DNA of 64,000 nt from Cirrosporium novae-zelandiae. Taxonomy: Eukaryota. The notes under the pieces are model-generated. The model saw nothing but the letters and a program-made list of their open reading frames with translations. It ran no database searches and was not told the DNA's origin. Positions 34,570 through 47,764 of the stretch are shown here, piece after piece. The first letter of the stretch is position 1; each line of letters starts with the position of its first letter. The stretch covers positions 124,001 to 188,000 of the forward strand of contig JAPETS010000024.1 of the NCBI GenBank assembly GCA_026023565.1, read 5' to 3'. The translations under genes and the position numbers were made by a program.

Positions 34570-37414
34570 CTATGCCTGCACGATAATCCCATCCATGGCT
34601 GTACTCCCACCTCCAACATCCTGTTTCTGGCTGGCCGATCCCCCAAACACAAATGGATCTATACCTCCTCCTCCACTTCCACCATTCGATGAGTGCATCC
34701 CCTTAATCCATTCCATATCAAGCGTAAACCCACTGCTCTCGCCCTGTAGATTCGTCGGTACCCCGATACCATCACCACTCTCGGTAAATAGGTTTAGATT
34801 ACCTAGATCTTCCGTTTCATGATCCATGTTGATAAGGAGGTCAAAATCGAGACTGCTAGGGGGCATGGTATTGGGGTCTGAGGGGTCGTTGAAGTTATGG
34901 AAGAATTCCGCAAGGCCACCATTGTCGATAACATTGTTAGTGTTGGGATTGGTACTGAGGGAGGGTGAAGTGCTGGAGATGCAGTCTGGGAGGGTAGTGT
35001 CGTTTTGGTCGGATTGGGGGGGTGTGGTAGCGATGAGACTTGAGGGGTGGTGGTCGGTCATGGTGACATCGGGGATGGAATAGGAGGGTGTTGGGATGAC
35101 ATCTGGAGGGGGGGTGAGGGCGACTTGTTTCGGAATCGGTTGTGGCTGGGGTTGGGACATTGATCGCTGTGAATGATGCTGTTGATGTTGCGGTCGTTGT
35201 GGATGTTGTTGCTGATGCTGCTGCTGTTGAAACCCGATAAGAGATTGTAGTTGAATGCCTGCTTTCCGTATCGCCGCTTCTAGGAACTGTGTCCCGAAAT
35301 CAGCAGATGCGTAGATTTCTCTTAGGCGCTGCATGGCCTGCATGCATAGAAGGAAGCTATGAAGACTGTTCCGCCTCACTTCTTCATTCGATGATTTAAT
35401 ATCGAGAAGATGAATGATAATGGCGGGAAGCAGCACCGTGACACCGGTTGTAGGAAGGAAACGAATAAGTTCTAGACGCTGAAGATCACGAGCTATTCGA
35501 GTAATTTCCCGAGCCGCTTGTCGAACTTTATCACGGGAAACTTCGCGGAGACTACCATCAATGTTGGGAGCTTCCGTTGACCCAGAAGGAAGGACTTGAG
35601 GACGATGCAGAGCACTAATGGTGGTCCAGTAAACCATGTTTAGTAATCCTCGATGAAGGAAAAGAACCTCATCTCCTGGTTTCAGATTTTGAGGTGGTCC
35701 AACACTGTATCGCGTCAGATCAGGCATTTCGTCGAACCAGGTCTGTAGCTCAGTATCACAAGACTCGATTTCGTCAAGTTCAGAGCCAGTCTTCTTGGGA
35801 ACAAGCATCATCGTAGTGGCTGTGGAAACTCCAGGTGGATGGCTGCTTAGGACAGAATATTGTGCGGCAAGGACATGGGAAATACACAGACAGAGTTTAG
35901 CCTTCTGGATGCACATTACCGCTAATTGTTTTATCTGGTCGACATCTCTCGCGACTCTGCATTCTGTCGGTAAACAAGACATCTCTTCGGGTATCGGCTG
36001 GAACTGAAAGTCATCAAGTTCAAGCATTGGCACATCGAAATCTTCGCTCTTTATTCTCGTAGGCCGTCTCATTCCAAGGGCAATTAATCGATCTCGCATG
36101 AAACATGACCACCACATCCGCTTCCACAGACATCGTCGTTTGGGGTCCATATTTGTCTTGTCGGGGTTGCGATGGAGTCCAATCGTGTGTGCTAGTGAAA
36201 TTGCAACCCCCATCCAATGCCAGGTATCCTTTTGATCATCAGGCGTTTCATACCAGTAAGTCATCAGAAGGAGCGCTTGGACGAGCGCAATTCTGTCAAT
36301 CTCATAGTCAAAGTCATATAGCAACTGTGATAATCAGCAATGATCAAATACATAAAGTTAGATTGGAAGCATACTCTTGCTTTTTGGAAATAGATTTTCC
36401 GTGCTGCTTTTCTCGTCTCATATCCAGCTGCCTTGAGCCATTCTATATCAACATAGGCGGTTCCTGCAAACATGACCGCCTGGAACAAAAAGAGACTGAT
36501 GCGATTGGTACCGTCATTGGCTTCAATGGCGTTCAGAAAGTCATGAAGATCAAGGAGAGGCATATATGGATGAACATATTCCACATAACTCCGTAAGAGC
36601 TCATTTCGCAGTCCAATATCCGGGACAGTCAAGGCTCCCTTCTTCTCTAGGTATTCAATGTCATCGTTCTCGATCCGGCGAGGCAATGGCTGAATGTAGG
36701 CTGGTAATGAATTCGCAGGGCGCCTTGCGAATAGCATCTGCGGATAGAATGTTGTGCTTGGAGCTGGAACCGAGGTCGATGGCGTGCTGCTGCTTATGGT
36801 ACTAGCTGCAAGACCGGATTGGGATGATCGTCTGTCAAGGTGCTGACCCTGAGCTTGATCTAATGTTGTTTAGCGGCATAGTCATAAGCTGTAAGCCGTA
36901 CTCACATATCATATGCGGAACATGTGACCGCTGGTCATCCGACTCATAGGAGAAAGCCTCTGGTGATGGCGGAAAGAGGGGTTGGGCCAGTCCATCCAAT
37001 GGATTCAATTCACCAGCACGAAAAGGCTCTTTGAACTTGTCCATTGAAACGTCGGATACAGATCCATCCTGTGGGGTTTGCGGATCCTGCCGTGCAGGAG
37101 TAGTACTCTTGTTCATGTCCAAAGCACCAAATTTCCTACGTGAACTCTTAGTATCAATTCAATCAAGAGTCAAATAAAACCTACTTTCTCCTCTTCCCTT
37201 CGGTGACTATACACTCCACCTCATCGAGACGACAATTTGTACACGGAGCACCATGTTCCACCACATTACACCTAACCTTTCGCGCCCGACAACACTGACA
37301 CGCCTTTGATGCTCGTCGCTTTACTGCTCTTGCTTTACCGTCCGTCATCCCAGCGGCCGAAGCATTCCGCTTCTGCGGGTTTGTCGAAGTTTGGGTGGTT
37401 GATGATTGAGCCAT
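34570..37414 (-). CDS. farB: Zn(II)2Cys6 transcription factor FarB / cutinase transcription factor 1 beta, 4 exons
   Basis: KRRASKACQCCRARKVRCNVVEHGAPCTNCRLDEVEC zinc cluster. Fungal_trans domain with LYDFDYEIDRIALVQALLLMTYWYETPDDQKDTWHWMG and RLIALGMRRPTRIK. Confidence 0.9.
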
Positions 37415-40400
37415 GATGAGTAGCTATGTAGTCACATTCGAGAAGTTTGTCAATATGGCAGTAGCAGATGGAAAACGAGGATAGATCCTTGACCCTATAG
37501 CTCCAGGATTCGTTGGGATGAGTATGGGTTTAGCAAAGCGCACACGACGTTCACCTCTTTCAGGTCATCATAAGATGACGAGATGGGGGGGAACACATTG
37601 TTTTTGTAGATTTATGACGAGACATGAGATGGCGATAGCGTTCGAGACTAATATTATGACCTAATCCTAGATGGGAGAAGATATCAAATAGACTCGGAAA
37701 GCGTCAAGGTCACTTGAGGTTTGGCTTGTCTCTGATACTTTTGACCAGGGGGGGGTGGGGATGAGAATTTGTAGGGGACAAGGATGTATAGAGGCTTAGA
37801 GCTTGAGGCGTTTTTTGGTGTGGGCGTTGGCATTTTGGGGGGGGTACTGATGCTCCTATCATTTATTAACATGCTAACAAATGACCTGAAGTAGTGGGGG
37901 AAGGGATGAGGTTGTCAAGCATCAAGATGTTGCTTTCAATCCCAGTTCAGTTAGTAAGAAAGCACAAATGATGAAGAGAAAGCCAAGCAGTAGCCGGTCC
38001 AAATGCCGCAAAGAAAAGTACAAAAGATACAACAAGTAAAACGAGAGTGGACGGAAATAGCGGGAAAGAGAAATTGTTAGCGGGCAAAATGTTGAACTCC
38101 AGGGGTTCATAAACTTTTACATTCTTTTTTAATCAAAAAGGTCAACTTTTTACTAGGATTTTCTGTAGTTATTTGCGGCATTTACCTATGAGACTAGAGA
38201 GAGATAGCAAATGAGGAGGATTGAAATTTATTTATTTCTAAGCTTCTTAAAAGCAGTCCCACAAGTCCCACAAGAGTTTAGTCGCCGTGACCCCACAAAT
38301 TGCCTTGTACTTTAGGAGTAAAAGTCGGTGGATATCAAGTTCGAACTGTGGGTTTAGTGAATCGGCGGGGGAAAATTCGCATGTGCGGAACAACATCCAC
38401 CCAATGATCTTTCTGTTGCTGTGTATTAGTTATATGACGGAAAGATTCGGAGGAACAATCCAAATTGTCATAGCGCATCTAGATTATTCTACTTTGTACC
38501 ATAGTAGAGATAACCATTTCATAGCAAGAAGGTAATTTTGAGGTATTTTTTGACATGTGCAGTAGATGGCTGATATGGAGGATTTTTTATTATATCTTTA
38601 TCCCCACATCATCCACCATGATCCGTTTTGCGGAGTAAAAGGTACAGAAGGATCCCCCTAAGTGTCGCACTACTTAACTTACCACAAGAGAGTATTACAA
38701 CAGTCATCACGAGTCACATTAAATCAATACCTGTAAATACTTAATCTCTACGTCAGCAAAAACATCCAGACCCTGTACGACGTCAAACTAGGCCCAGTTT
38801 CCAAATTAGACCAAAACTTTCTGGTCATCAACAACGAACTGAGACATACTGCTTGACAGCCCTGAAAAGCCCTAAGCGCCCTTATTATAGCAATAATCCC
38901 TTGGAAGGAAGCTGACGTAAACTCCGAACACATGTCCGGACCAAAAGCATGAAAGTGGTCCCAAGTCCTTTTTTGCATAGATTGAATAAATAACATGGCA
39001 TTGACCTCATTGACAAACATGGAGTTTAACCACACCTCTTCAGCTTGACCACCCCCCAGTTTCAAATGTATTTACTCAGTATCACGCCTAGGAAATGATC
39101 TGCATCGGCATCAGCGAAGTCGGCCTGATGCTGCCGTCATCGGATTTAGGCGGCTAGAGAAGATCAACATCAGCAAACAATTCCTGTGTTTGGAGGATAA
39201 TGATACCCCGATATCCCAAGCGCCATAAGCACCATATCGTTCATCCTGACAAATCCAAACCACCAAGGTACTGATTATTCTTGTCATTCCACACAGTACT
39301 AAACAAAACTCCTGGCTACTCGAGTAGTTTTCTTTTCCCTGACCTTTCTCCCTTTTCGGAATCAATACTTAATTCAAACATTAAGTAATTGTAAAAAAAA
39401 AACTCAAATATTCAAGAGCGAAGGCTGAAGGGCCAAGGCTGGGGGGCCAAGGTTGGGGTATACGAGTACGCATTATTCCAAGGCTTCGTACTCTACTCTA
39501 CACCGTATCCTTGTCTACCCATCATAGCCCATGGAAATACCCCGCCATCCCACCTCCACGTCCCCCACACCTCCACAATTCCCTTCGCCCGTCCGTTGGT
39601 ATCAGTCTTACTAACTAGATATAGCTATCTATCCGTATATAACCACCTCGATTTGGTAACCAAAACCTGGAGAACCCTCAACGCCCATGCCTTTAACTGG
39701 GTTTATATGCACGGTAAGGGATCACGGATGGTGGGATCAGGGACGCACGAAACAGTACGTACACGTTCTTGATGTAATGCTTGTCTGTGTGTGCGTGTAT
39801 ATGTGGCAGCCAATATACTTGAGGTGCATCAAATTTTTGATGGGAGAATGCCTTACTGGATGTGGAATTTGGTTATGGATGAACTGACTGTCCGACTGAT
39901 ATAGGCTTATCTGACATATGCATATCATAGATATCAAAAGCATGAAAAGTATCCATATCTTTTTCATAAGCCTTCCGATATTACCCTCTAGCAGCTTAAC
40001 TACCGAGCTCCCTTATCAGGGCAGAATTTTCCGAGATTTCTTAATGTCCAAATAGTTCCAATGTCGACAACCACATTATCCACAATGTTTTTCTTAGACA
40101 ATGTGGGAAACTTTGGAGATCCTGAAGAATCAGGAGCCCAACAAGCGAACAGGAGACCTGGACATCCCGAACCGCCACGTTACCCGCATCCAACGCCACT
40201 CCGAAGCTCCGGCCGACAACAATGAACACACGAAAATGAATCAATATTTAATCACCCGATTAGGACATATGTAACAGAAACATCTGATATTTGGTCCATT
40301 GAACAAGCTTTCCCGAATCATCCCTGAAAATGTGAGGATTCCATCAGGATCAAAGGAAGCCATTAAACATATAAGGTAATTATAAAGTTCTCTCCTTTTT

Positions 40401-40532
40401 AAGGAATTAATTCGGAATTCCGCACAAAAGTCCGGATATCAAAATTCATAAACTCACATTGTCAACTATTTCTACCCTTGATCACAACCAACCTTTTTTT
40501 TCTATAGAGGTGTCTAAGTTCCATATATTCAT

Positions 40533-41090
40533 TCAATACCCGTCCCTCCCCTTCACGACGCCATATGCTCCGCCCCCTTTCCTAAACATCTTCTTCGAAT
40601 CCCCCAAAATAGCTTCTGGCTTTTCCCATGCCGCAAAATAGCCACCTGACGTGTGTGTGTTCTCAAGTACCACTGGCCCCATCGCCCACCCGAACAACTT
40701 CGGCGTAACGTACAACTCCTTTGGAAAATACGCCAACGCCAACTTCACCTTTGGAATCCGCCCAAACGCCCGCTCTCGCGTATAGATGGTCCTCTCCCGC
40801 CTCTCACCAAAAGGCGTCGGCGTATCATTCGGCCCGATCGAATGTGTAGCCTCATAATAAATGCGCAAACTGGCCGCCGCAGGCCCTGCCTTGGAAAACC
40901 AGTAAATGGAAACCCGCAAGTCAAGATCTCGTCGTCAGTCCAGAGATAATCGTCTGTTTTAATCATGCAACTTTTCATATATTCAACGCCAGCAGTGCCA
41001 CAGGGCTGTCGGCTAGGGCGTAATCCCATTGTCTGTGGCTCCATGATACCCTGCTCGATGGCATATCCGTGTCGGGTGCCATAAATACCA
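40533..41090 (-). pseudogene. Microsomal-type epoxide hydrolase, C-terminal remnant with frameshifts
   Basis: Fragments GYAIEQG..PQTMG / YALADSPVALLA / IYEKLHD / TDDYLWTDDEILT / VSIYWFSKAGPAAASLRIYYE...YFPKEL...GGYFAAWEKPE switch frame several times. The catalytic His of GGHFAAWE reads Tyr, and the N-terminal half is not seen. Confidence 0.85.
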
Positions 41091-41519
41091 GGTTGGGTTT
41101 GATTCCCAAGGGCGCTAGTGATTTGTCACACTGGTATCAGTGTTCTTCTATCCGTGCCCTTTAACATTGAACCAGTTCATCCGCTCGACGCCCTTTTTTT
41201 TTCCTCCGCCGTGTATGTACGTATAGCGTTAACATATACTAGAGCTTGAGCAGTAAGGTAAAGGTCTAGGTGAGTGCGAGCGGGTAGAACATATTTATGT
41301 AGCTAGCTAGCCTTGACAGATTCTGGATGCATGAGGCCCAGGAGTCCCAATCACCACATCACCTTGAGTCATTATTCAATTCTATCCCAACAATGAATGT
41401 TTTTTAGTAAGCAAAAAAAAGAGAGAGAAAAAGAGAAAAAACAAGAAAAAAGGAAAACATGTTTTAGACTTATAGTAAGTAGTAAGTATCTTGGATATCT
41501 TGGATGGTTGTCTAGGAAA

Positions 41520-42180
41520 GAGAGTGGAGGAGAGGAGAGGAGAGGAGAGGAAAGGAGAGGAAAGGAGAGGAAAGGAGAGAAGAGGGGAGGAAAGTGGAAT
41601 AGAATAAGGGCTAGCGTCTTTATATACAGTAACATACCACATACCTACTTATATACCTATATTATATTTCCAACTTCCCAACTTCCTCCCCGCCCGAAAA
41701 AAATAAAGGATTACTGTATATCATCACTTATCATTTCCACCAAAGGTACTTTGGTAGGTCTTAACACTTAACACAATACCTACCTACGAAAGATGAGGGA
41801 GGTTCAAATTACTGATTCTGTCTAAGTTATATATATATATATATATACTTAGGTACTTAGGCTAGGTATTTAGATAGTTAGGAGCATGTCAAAGTACGTA
41901 CGTACGTACTACTTATTCCTTCATTTGTATAAGTTATAGAATAGAATAGAGGTTAGATATCAAGTAGGTAGGTAGGTAGGCGGCAACGGTATAAAATTTG
42001 AATGTGATGTGATGGATTGCAACTAACTACAGTACACAGTTTCGCATCTGATATACCCGACTCCGTTAGCTTCGATATGCATGGCCTGCAAGGTCCTCTC
42101 TCCCCGACCCCCACTGATTCATTCCTTTAACATGGGTATGTTTGTTGTACTGTACCCCCCCCCCCCCCCCCCCCCCCCCC
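41520..42180. repeat. Simple repeats: (GAGAG/GGAAA)n 41520-41590, (TA)n, (GTAC)n, (TAGG)n, poly-C of 26 nt at 42155-42180
   Basis: Directly visible. Confidence 0.85.
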
Positions 42181-42328
42181 ACCATTGCCCAAAACGCCCA
42201 TATCCCCAATTTATAATATAATATAAAGAATAATATTAATGGGATATCCAATTAGGGTAGTCCAATCCGATCGACATCCCACCCCAATCCCATCCCATCC
42301 AATCCCACTCCCCTCCTCATCTCGAACC

Positions 42329-43430
42329 CTAATTCTGATTCGGGATAGAAAATCCTCTAGACATGAAATCGCTGCCCTTCAATTTCGCTTCCGCTGCTCT
42401 CTCTTTGTCTGACATGAATAGGCTTTGTATATTTTGGTTCCGGCCGAGCTTTCTTCGCTTGTTGCGTTCTTCTTGCTCTTCCATTACTTTTCGGGTGAGG
42501 GATGCGGTTGCGGCGTCTTTGATGCTGGATGAGGTGTGGTTGGAGTTTGTGGGGTCGGTGGTGGTGGTGGTGCCCTTGCTCTGGGTTGCTGTTGTCGATC
42601 CGGTAGTAGATGCGATGATAGCATTTTTTGATTCGCTCCTGTTCTTCTTTCGTTTCTTAGAGGTGGGTGCTTTTTTCAAGGAATGGGTGAGTCCCTCTTC
42701 TGTTAATTTTTCTATTCGTTTCTTGAGGCGGTCTTTCTCCTCTTCGGTGGTTGGGAGAATCGGGATTATATTTTCGGGCCTGTAAGGCTCGTTGCACTGT
42801 AGTAGGCCCGTCAGCGTTAGCATCTCGAAACTCCAACGGAGGAAAACTGTGGTAACACTTACCTGCAAACAAGTCTCGCTCTCCATCTCCTTTAAAGCCG
42901 CTTCCGAGAAAGCATGTCCGCAAGGTACAAGGTAAACAGCCTTGACGTGCGCACCTAGTATCTTCCCCGTAACGGGACAAACCCACCGCTGTCCCCTCTC
43001 CTCGCTCGTATCATCCTTCTTGGAGTCTTCATCTCCCGCCCCCGCAACCTCAAATTTCACCTCCACAATATCCCTCAGCCCCTTTACCCGTCCCATAAGC
43101 ACCTTTTCGCAGTCTTCCTTGCTTATCGCCATCTCGTTGTCATCTCCTGGTAGGAGGAATTGCAGCACCGCATCCTTGTTGTATAATACTCCTGACGAAT
43201 CTGAGACTACGGGTGCGGCGAGGGGTTTGTGCGACAGGGAACATTGCGACCAGGCATAGGCGAGGAGCTCGAGTTTTTTTTCTTTGGCTTCGGATGTAGA
43301 GAGAGGGCGAGCGGATTCTTTGACTAGTTCGCGACGAGTTGGGATGCTATATGAATTATATTAGTTTAATTGCCTTTTGTGTGCCGAGCGGCTACGGATT
43401 TAGAGCGTACCTCCCACCGTCATTACCCAT
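42329..43430 (-). CDS. RTF2: Replication termination factor Rtf2 (RING-like), 3 exons
   Basis: MGNDGGS|IPTRRELVKE start, WSQCSLSHKPL..PVVSDSSGVLYNKDAVLQFLL, WVCPVTG, LVPCGHAFS, CLQ|CNEPY and DFMSRGFSIP motifs. Confidence 0.94.
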
Positions 43431-44964
43431 CTTGAATGATTAGTTGTATTTTGAGGAACGGTGCATTCAGTATCAACAAAATAACTTGCTCGGATAGAGG
43501 ATGTGATGTAGTTTAATACTGCCAGGTTCGGCGAAGAAATACCGATACCCGAGATGCCGATTCTCATTCATCCAACTGGAAACGAAATCACATATCTAGA
43601 CGTATTGTTGCAACACAACAGTCGTATTGCAGCGCTCGATAATTACAACCCAGTCATCATTCACTATATAAAAGAACTCTTAGATGAATCCGCCTACAAA
43701 GGGGACAACAAGAACAGCTCTAAGCAACTACGCTACAGAAGTTTTGAGAGTTTTATGCACAACTATCCCTGTTTGAAGGTTCGACGATATATGTGCTACT
43801 CCTGTTAACTTGGTCTTTGATAGAGTTGGTTGAACTATCTCCACAGCTAAGTCTAGGAAGGCCTATTCGTTAGTCGACAGGACAGTGAATCTAAAAATGA
43901 TGCCTCTTAAAAAAATAGCTTTAAAATAAAAAAGAAAGATCCTCATTCTTGTTAAGAGCGAATTTTCTAATCAACTTAGGATCCTTACAGGTACGATAGG
44001 AAAGGATTAACACAGTGGACTAAATGCTTAGATACCGAATACAACATCGACATCGACTCTTGAGGGATATTATTGATCAAGTACCAATTCTTGGGACAGG
44101 AAAGATTAACTGGATATTTATGCCCTGGACTCTTACTTCGACCATATGCTCATCTAGGGAATCTAAAATAACACTATGGTTCTGCCATTCTCTCCCTATA
44201 TTTCTATTATGCTAGCAATAACCGATATCTATATTTAGTGAACTATGCTCCCAGTCTTCTCGTGATTTCCTTCTATACCACCAACCCTTGCAATATACTA
44301 CAGAGCATTCGGCGTCTACTGCCTCAATCTCAAGGTCTTCCTACTAGATATTCTTCACCTGCAACACCATATCCTCTAGGTGGAACACCCTGCTTTAAGA
44401 GTACTAGTAGTAAATCACCAACCATACTAGACCCCCCAGTCATGACAACCATACATCTCAAACCATCTATCCCTATCATCATCAACATACAATTCTCCTC
44501 TCCTCTTCTAGATCCTAGCTCAACTCAACACGACAAACCCCTTCCTCGTAGCAACAAATGATATAATTATTAAATTCTAAGATTCCCCCCCTGGATATAT
44601 CACGCAGATTTAGACTACCTCACATTACACTTAACACTGAAGAAAAGAAAAAAAATTCTTAAGAAAGGAGGTAATTGTTCTTAATAATTATATCGAGTTA
44701 ATCCCAAACATAATACTTTATGAATGATGATGTATGGTCTATATATAATTTTATTTCTCGAATTTCATAATTCTAGACTTTTATAAGCTATGGTTCAATA
44801 ATTAAACGAGCAACCCTACACTAAACTACATATCCACATCCAAATCCCAGCCCCCCTCCCCATCTCCAATAGACCAATAGACCAATAACCCAAAAATCCA
44901 TCCATAACTCCCATCCCATCCCACTCCCTAAACAAAAAAAACCCCAACCCTAACCCCAAAAAAG

Positions 44965-45096
44965 GGGTTGATCCGGGAGTCGAACCCGGGGCCTCTCGCA
45001 ATTCTGGCGCTGGTTTATCTATCCACCCAGGGGGGTGCTTCGAGTTTGAGAATCACATGTCCCGAAGCGAGAATCATACCACTAGACCAATCAACC
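44965..45096 (-). tRNA. tRNA-Pro(CGG) with a 60-nt intron (45001-45060)
   Basis: Minus strand GGTTGAT TG GTCTAGTGGTATGAT T CTCGC TT CGG G [intron] T GCGAG AGGCC CCGGG TTCGACT CCCGG ATCAACC C. The acceptor, anticodon and T stems pair, and a T6 Pol III terminator follows (A-run 44958-44963). Confidence 0.95.
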
Positions 45097-45989
45097 GGAA
45101 TTTTGGGGTTCCCAATTGGTTATGAGGTTTGTTAATAATTTGATTTGGGAATGTGGGTTATGTATGTTTTGTTTGTTTTTTGGGGGGGTTGTGTGGGGAA
45201 TAGGGTTAATGGTAAGTCGGGGGGCCGGGTTGGTATTTTTTGGTGGGGGGTGGTATTTAAGAGATAGGGTTATTTTGCTGTGTTTTTTTTTTTTCGTTCC
45301 TTTTCGGTGGGATGGTACTGTATGTTAAACCTAGGCCATCTTCAAAGTAAGCCCAACGACAAAAAAATAGAAAAAAAAAAATTAAAAAATGAAAGACGTT
45401 TTTTTTCTCTAGTCTCGCTCGTTTGTTTGTTTGGTTAGTTTATGAAGGGAAGGAAGAAGGCTTTTTTTGTTGGTGAAAATGATAAATTAGGGTATATATA
45501 GCATGAGAATATGGATAAGTGAGTGTAATTGATTGAGGGTTGGTGGTTTAGAGATTCTTTGTGTATGGATGTATAGATATATAAATGGGGTGGTGGTGAT
45601 GATGGCATATTAATTGATTGATTGATTAACTTATAAAAAAGGGGAGGAGTTCTATGTGAACTAATCTCCTTATGATATAGCTGATGCGTTGTAAACTAGA
45701 CTTACCAAAGACTTTTAATATGTTGGCATTACTTAAAAAAAAAGCCCATTGCTAAGAAAAACACAAGTATATACTGGAGACTATCACGCAGCTCTCAATC
45801 AACAACAAAGACGGAAGGTAGCAGTAGCCTGCAGGCAGAGAGAGAGGGGGAGGAAATATCCTAAGAATATTACTCTGCTTTTCTTATTAAGTAACTGAAT
45901 AAATAACTGAATAAACAACTATAGGAGGAAACTCTATAGGACATTTTATCCATTATCATTACTATATCTATACGTCCCGCCTCCGGCTT

Positions 45990-46620
45990 AACACTCTGCT
46001 CTACTTATGGAACTAACCTTTGGCTTCATAAAATGATCCAACGTTGTCCCCAATCTCAGTACGCAGGCACCGCTCGCCTTGATGGCTACTGTTGGATAAT
46101 CAACTAGCGGGATTATGCCAACGTCGAGAATCCTCGGTCACTCTATCCATCCTCACCCCCCTCGTCATCTGCTAGTTCCATCTCCCCCAATTCCTCCGCC
46201 TCGAACCTCGTCTGCGGCCTCGTTTACACACTCCACCTTGGCGACAAACCCACCCTCGACAGAAACGAAGGCGTGCCTTACGCATACATGTAAAAATACT
46301 TACGTGGTTTATTCTAGCTATTGGCTTTAGACACCTCCCGATGCAAAATCAATATATTTACTTCGCCGCCCATGGCAAGCATGCTCGTTTATTTTGACCG
46401 TCGACGGATGATGAAAGCTAGACTCTGCGTCGAGTACATTTATCGTATGAATATGGGGATACTGTGGGGCGAGGGGAGTTCCTCCATCATATCTGGAAAG
46501 TGTCTTGCAGCGGTATATTCCTCTTATGGATGAGATACTAGATAAGGAGGTAGAAGATGTAAGGTTGTTGACGGGGAAACAGCCCAAGGATTTTGAGCGC
46601 GAGGGGGCTGGGGTTGAGAC
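45990..46620 (+). pseudogene. Gamma-glutamylcyclotransferase (GGCT/AIG2-like, GliK-like) pseudogene
   Basis: YGTNLWLHKMIQRCPQSQYAGTARLDGYCWIIN*RDYANV...VCGLVYTL...LDRNEGVPYAYM* then, in shifted frames, MLVYFDRRR...EYIYRMNMGI / GVPPSYLESVLQRYIP. In-frame stops at 46105 (TAG) and 46291 (TAA), plus frameshifts. Confidence 0.82.
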
Positions 46621-47764
46621 GTCCACCCGATATTACGGGGTTCTTGGAGTGAGCTGGGGAAACTGTGTGTTGATAAATAGGGACAGACGACCTGGAAAGC
46701 ATGGTTGACGTGATTGGGGATTTAGTACGGTTGGTCGCATGGAAGTGCCTAGGAATACACCTAGTTGTAGAAAGTACCCTCATCTTAATTTCCAAGGGCG
46801 ATGCACTGCTAAACGTCATTTAATATATCTTCAGAGGGCTGGGCGGAGCAGTGGATAGACACATTTTCAATGCTGGTTACACAGTATGTGGTGCTCCCAC
46901 CGACTTGACTTTTTTTCCTGCTCAATGCACCATCCTGGTACACTGTATAGCACTTGCACAACAGCTAAATGGGATCAGTGACAACTAGCAAGTCCCAAAT
47001 AGTAACTAGCTGCTTCCACCTAATTAGGTCAGTTATCGTGCTTTCTGCTTAGTGTCTCTTTCGTTATCAACACAGAGGCATCCCCAAACCTAAACCAATG
47101 CTAGGGGTATCGTGGTGTTCAAATGTCGAAATATCAGGCCATTGCATCCATTGAACTTGATATCTCTTGAGACATAAAAGGTTCTCTCTTTTAGCGCTTA
47201 CTTGATCGAGTCTTCCCGTTCCACTGTAAACTGGTGGTTGGAGGGCGGTCAGTAGTGACATGCTGGATATACGCATTCAAATATCCACGATAAACCTTGC
47301 TCCCAAAAGTTTGAAAGAAGCTTATTGAACAATGCCAATTGTTAGGAATAACCAATAATTTGAATGTTCAGGATACCTACCTATATCATGTGTCTATTCT
47401 GTTTGAACAAGAAAAAAGACTAAGATCAAATGGGTGAAAAGATGGAGGGGATTCTTGAGCAACATTTCCTATTTGGGGTTGAATGCAGAATAGCGTGATG
47501 GGTGTTACGAGGCAGAAACGTCATGCAACTATTTGCATTGTTGACATGGAAACAACTAAGACGCCTCCCGCCTAAGCTCATTGGAGCTTTTCCTTAGGGG
47601 TTTGTACATGTAATACTTCCGGAAGTAGTGCATTGAAGTATCAATGTTGATCAAAACAATGGTCACTTAGATTATAGTTTTAGAGTATTCCGTCCCCTAT
47701 CAACAGATCATACCCCTCGAAGTGAATTGACTGCAAAACTGTCAAGGTAAGCTAATGTGAACCA

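Noticed and set aside
37684..40244. Short ORFs in the long farB upstream region
   Set aside because: No recognisable domains or consistent splice chain; most likely promoter/5' UTR sequence.
44937..44957. AACCCCAACCCTAACCCC telomere-like sequence
   Set aside because: Only one true CCCTAA unit within low-complexity DNA; not an interstitial telomere array.
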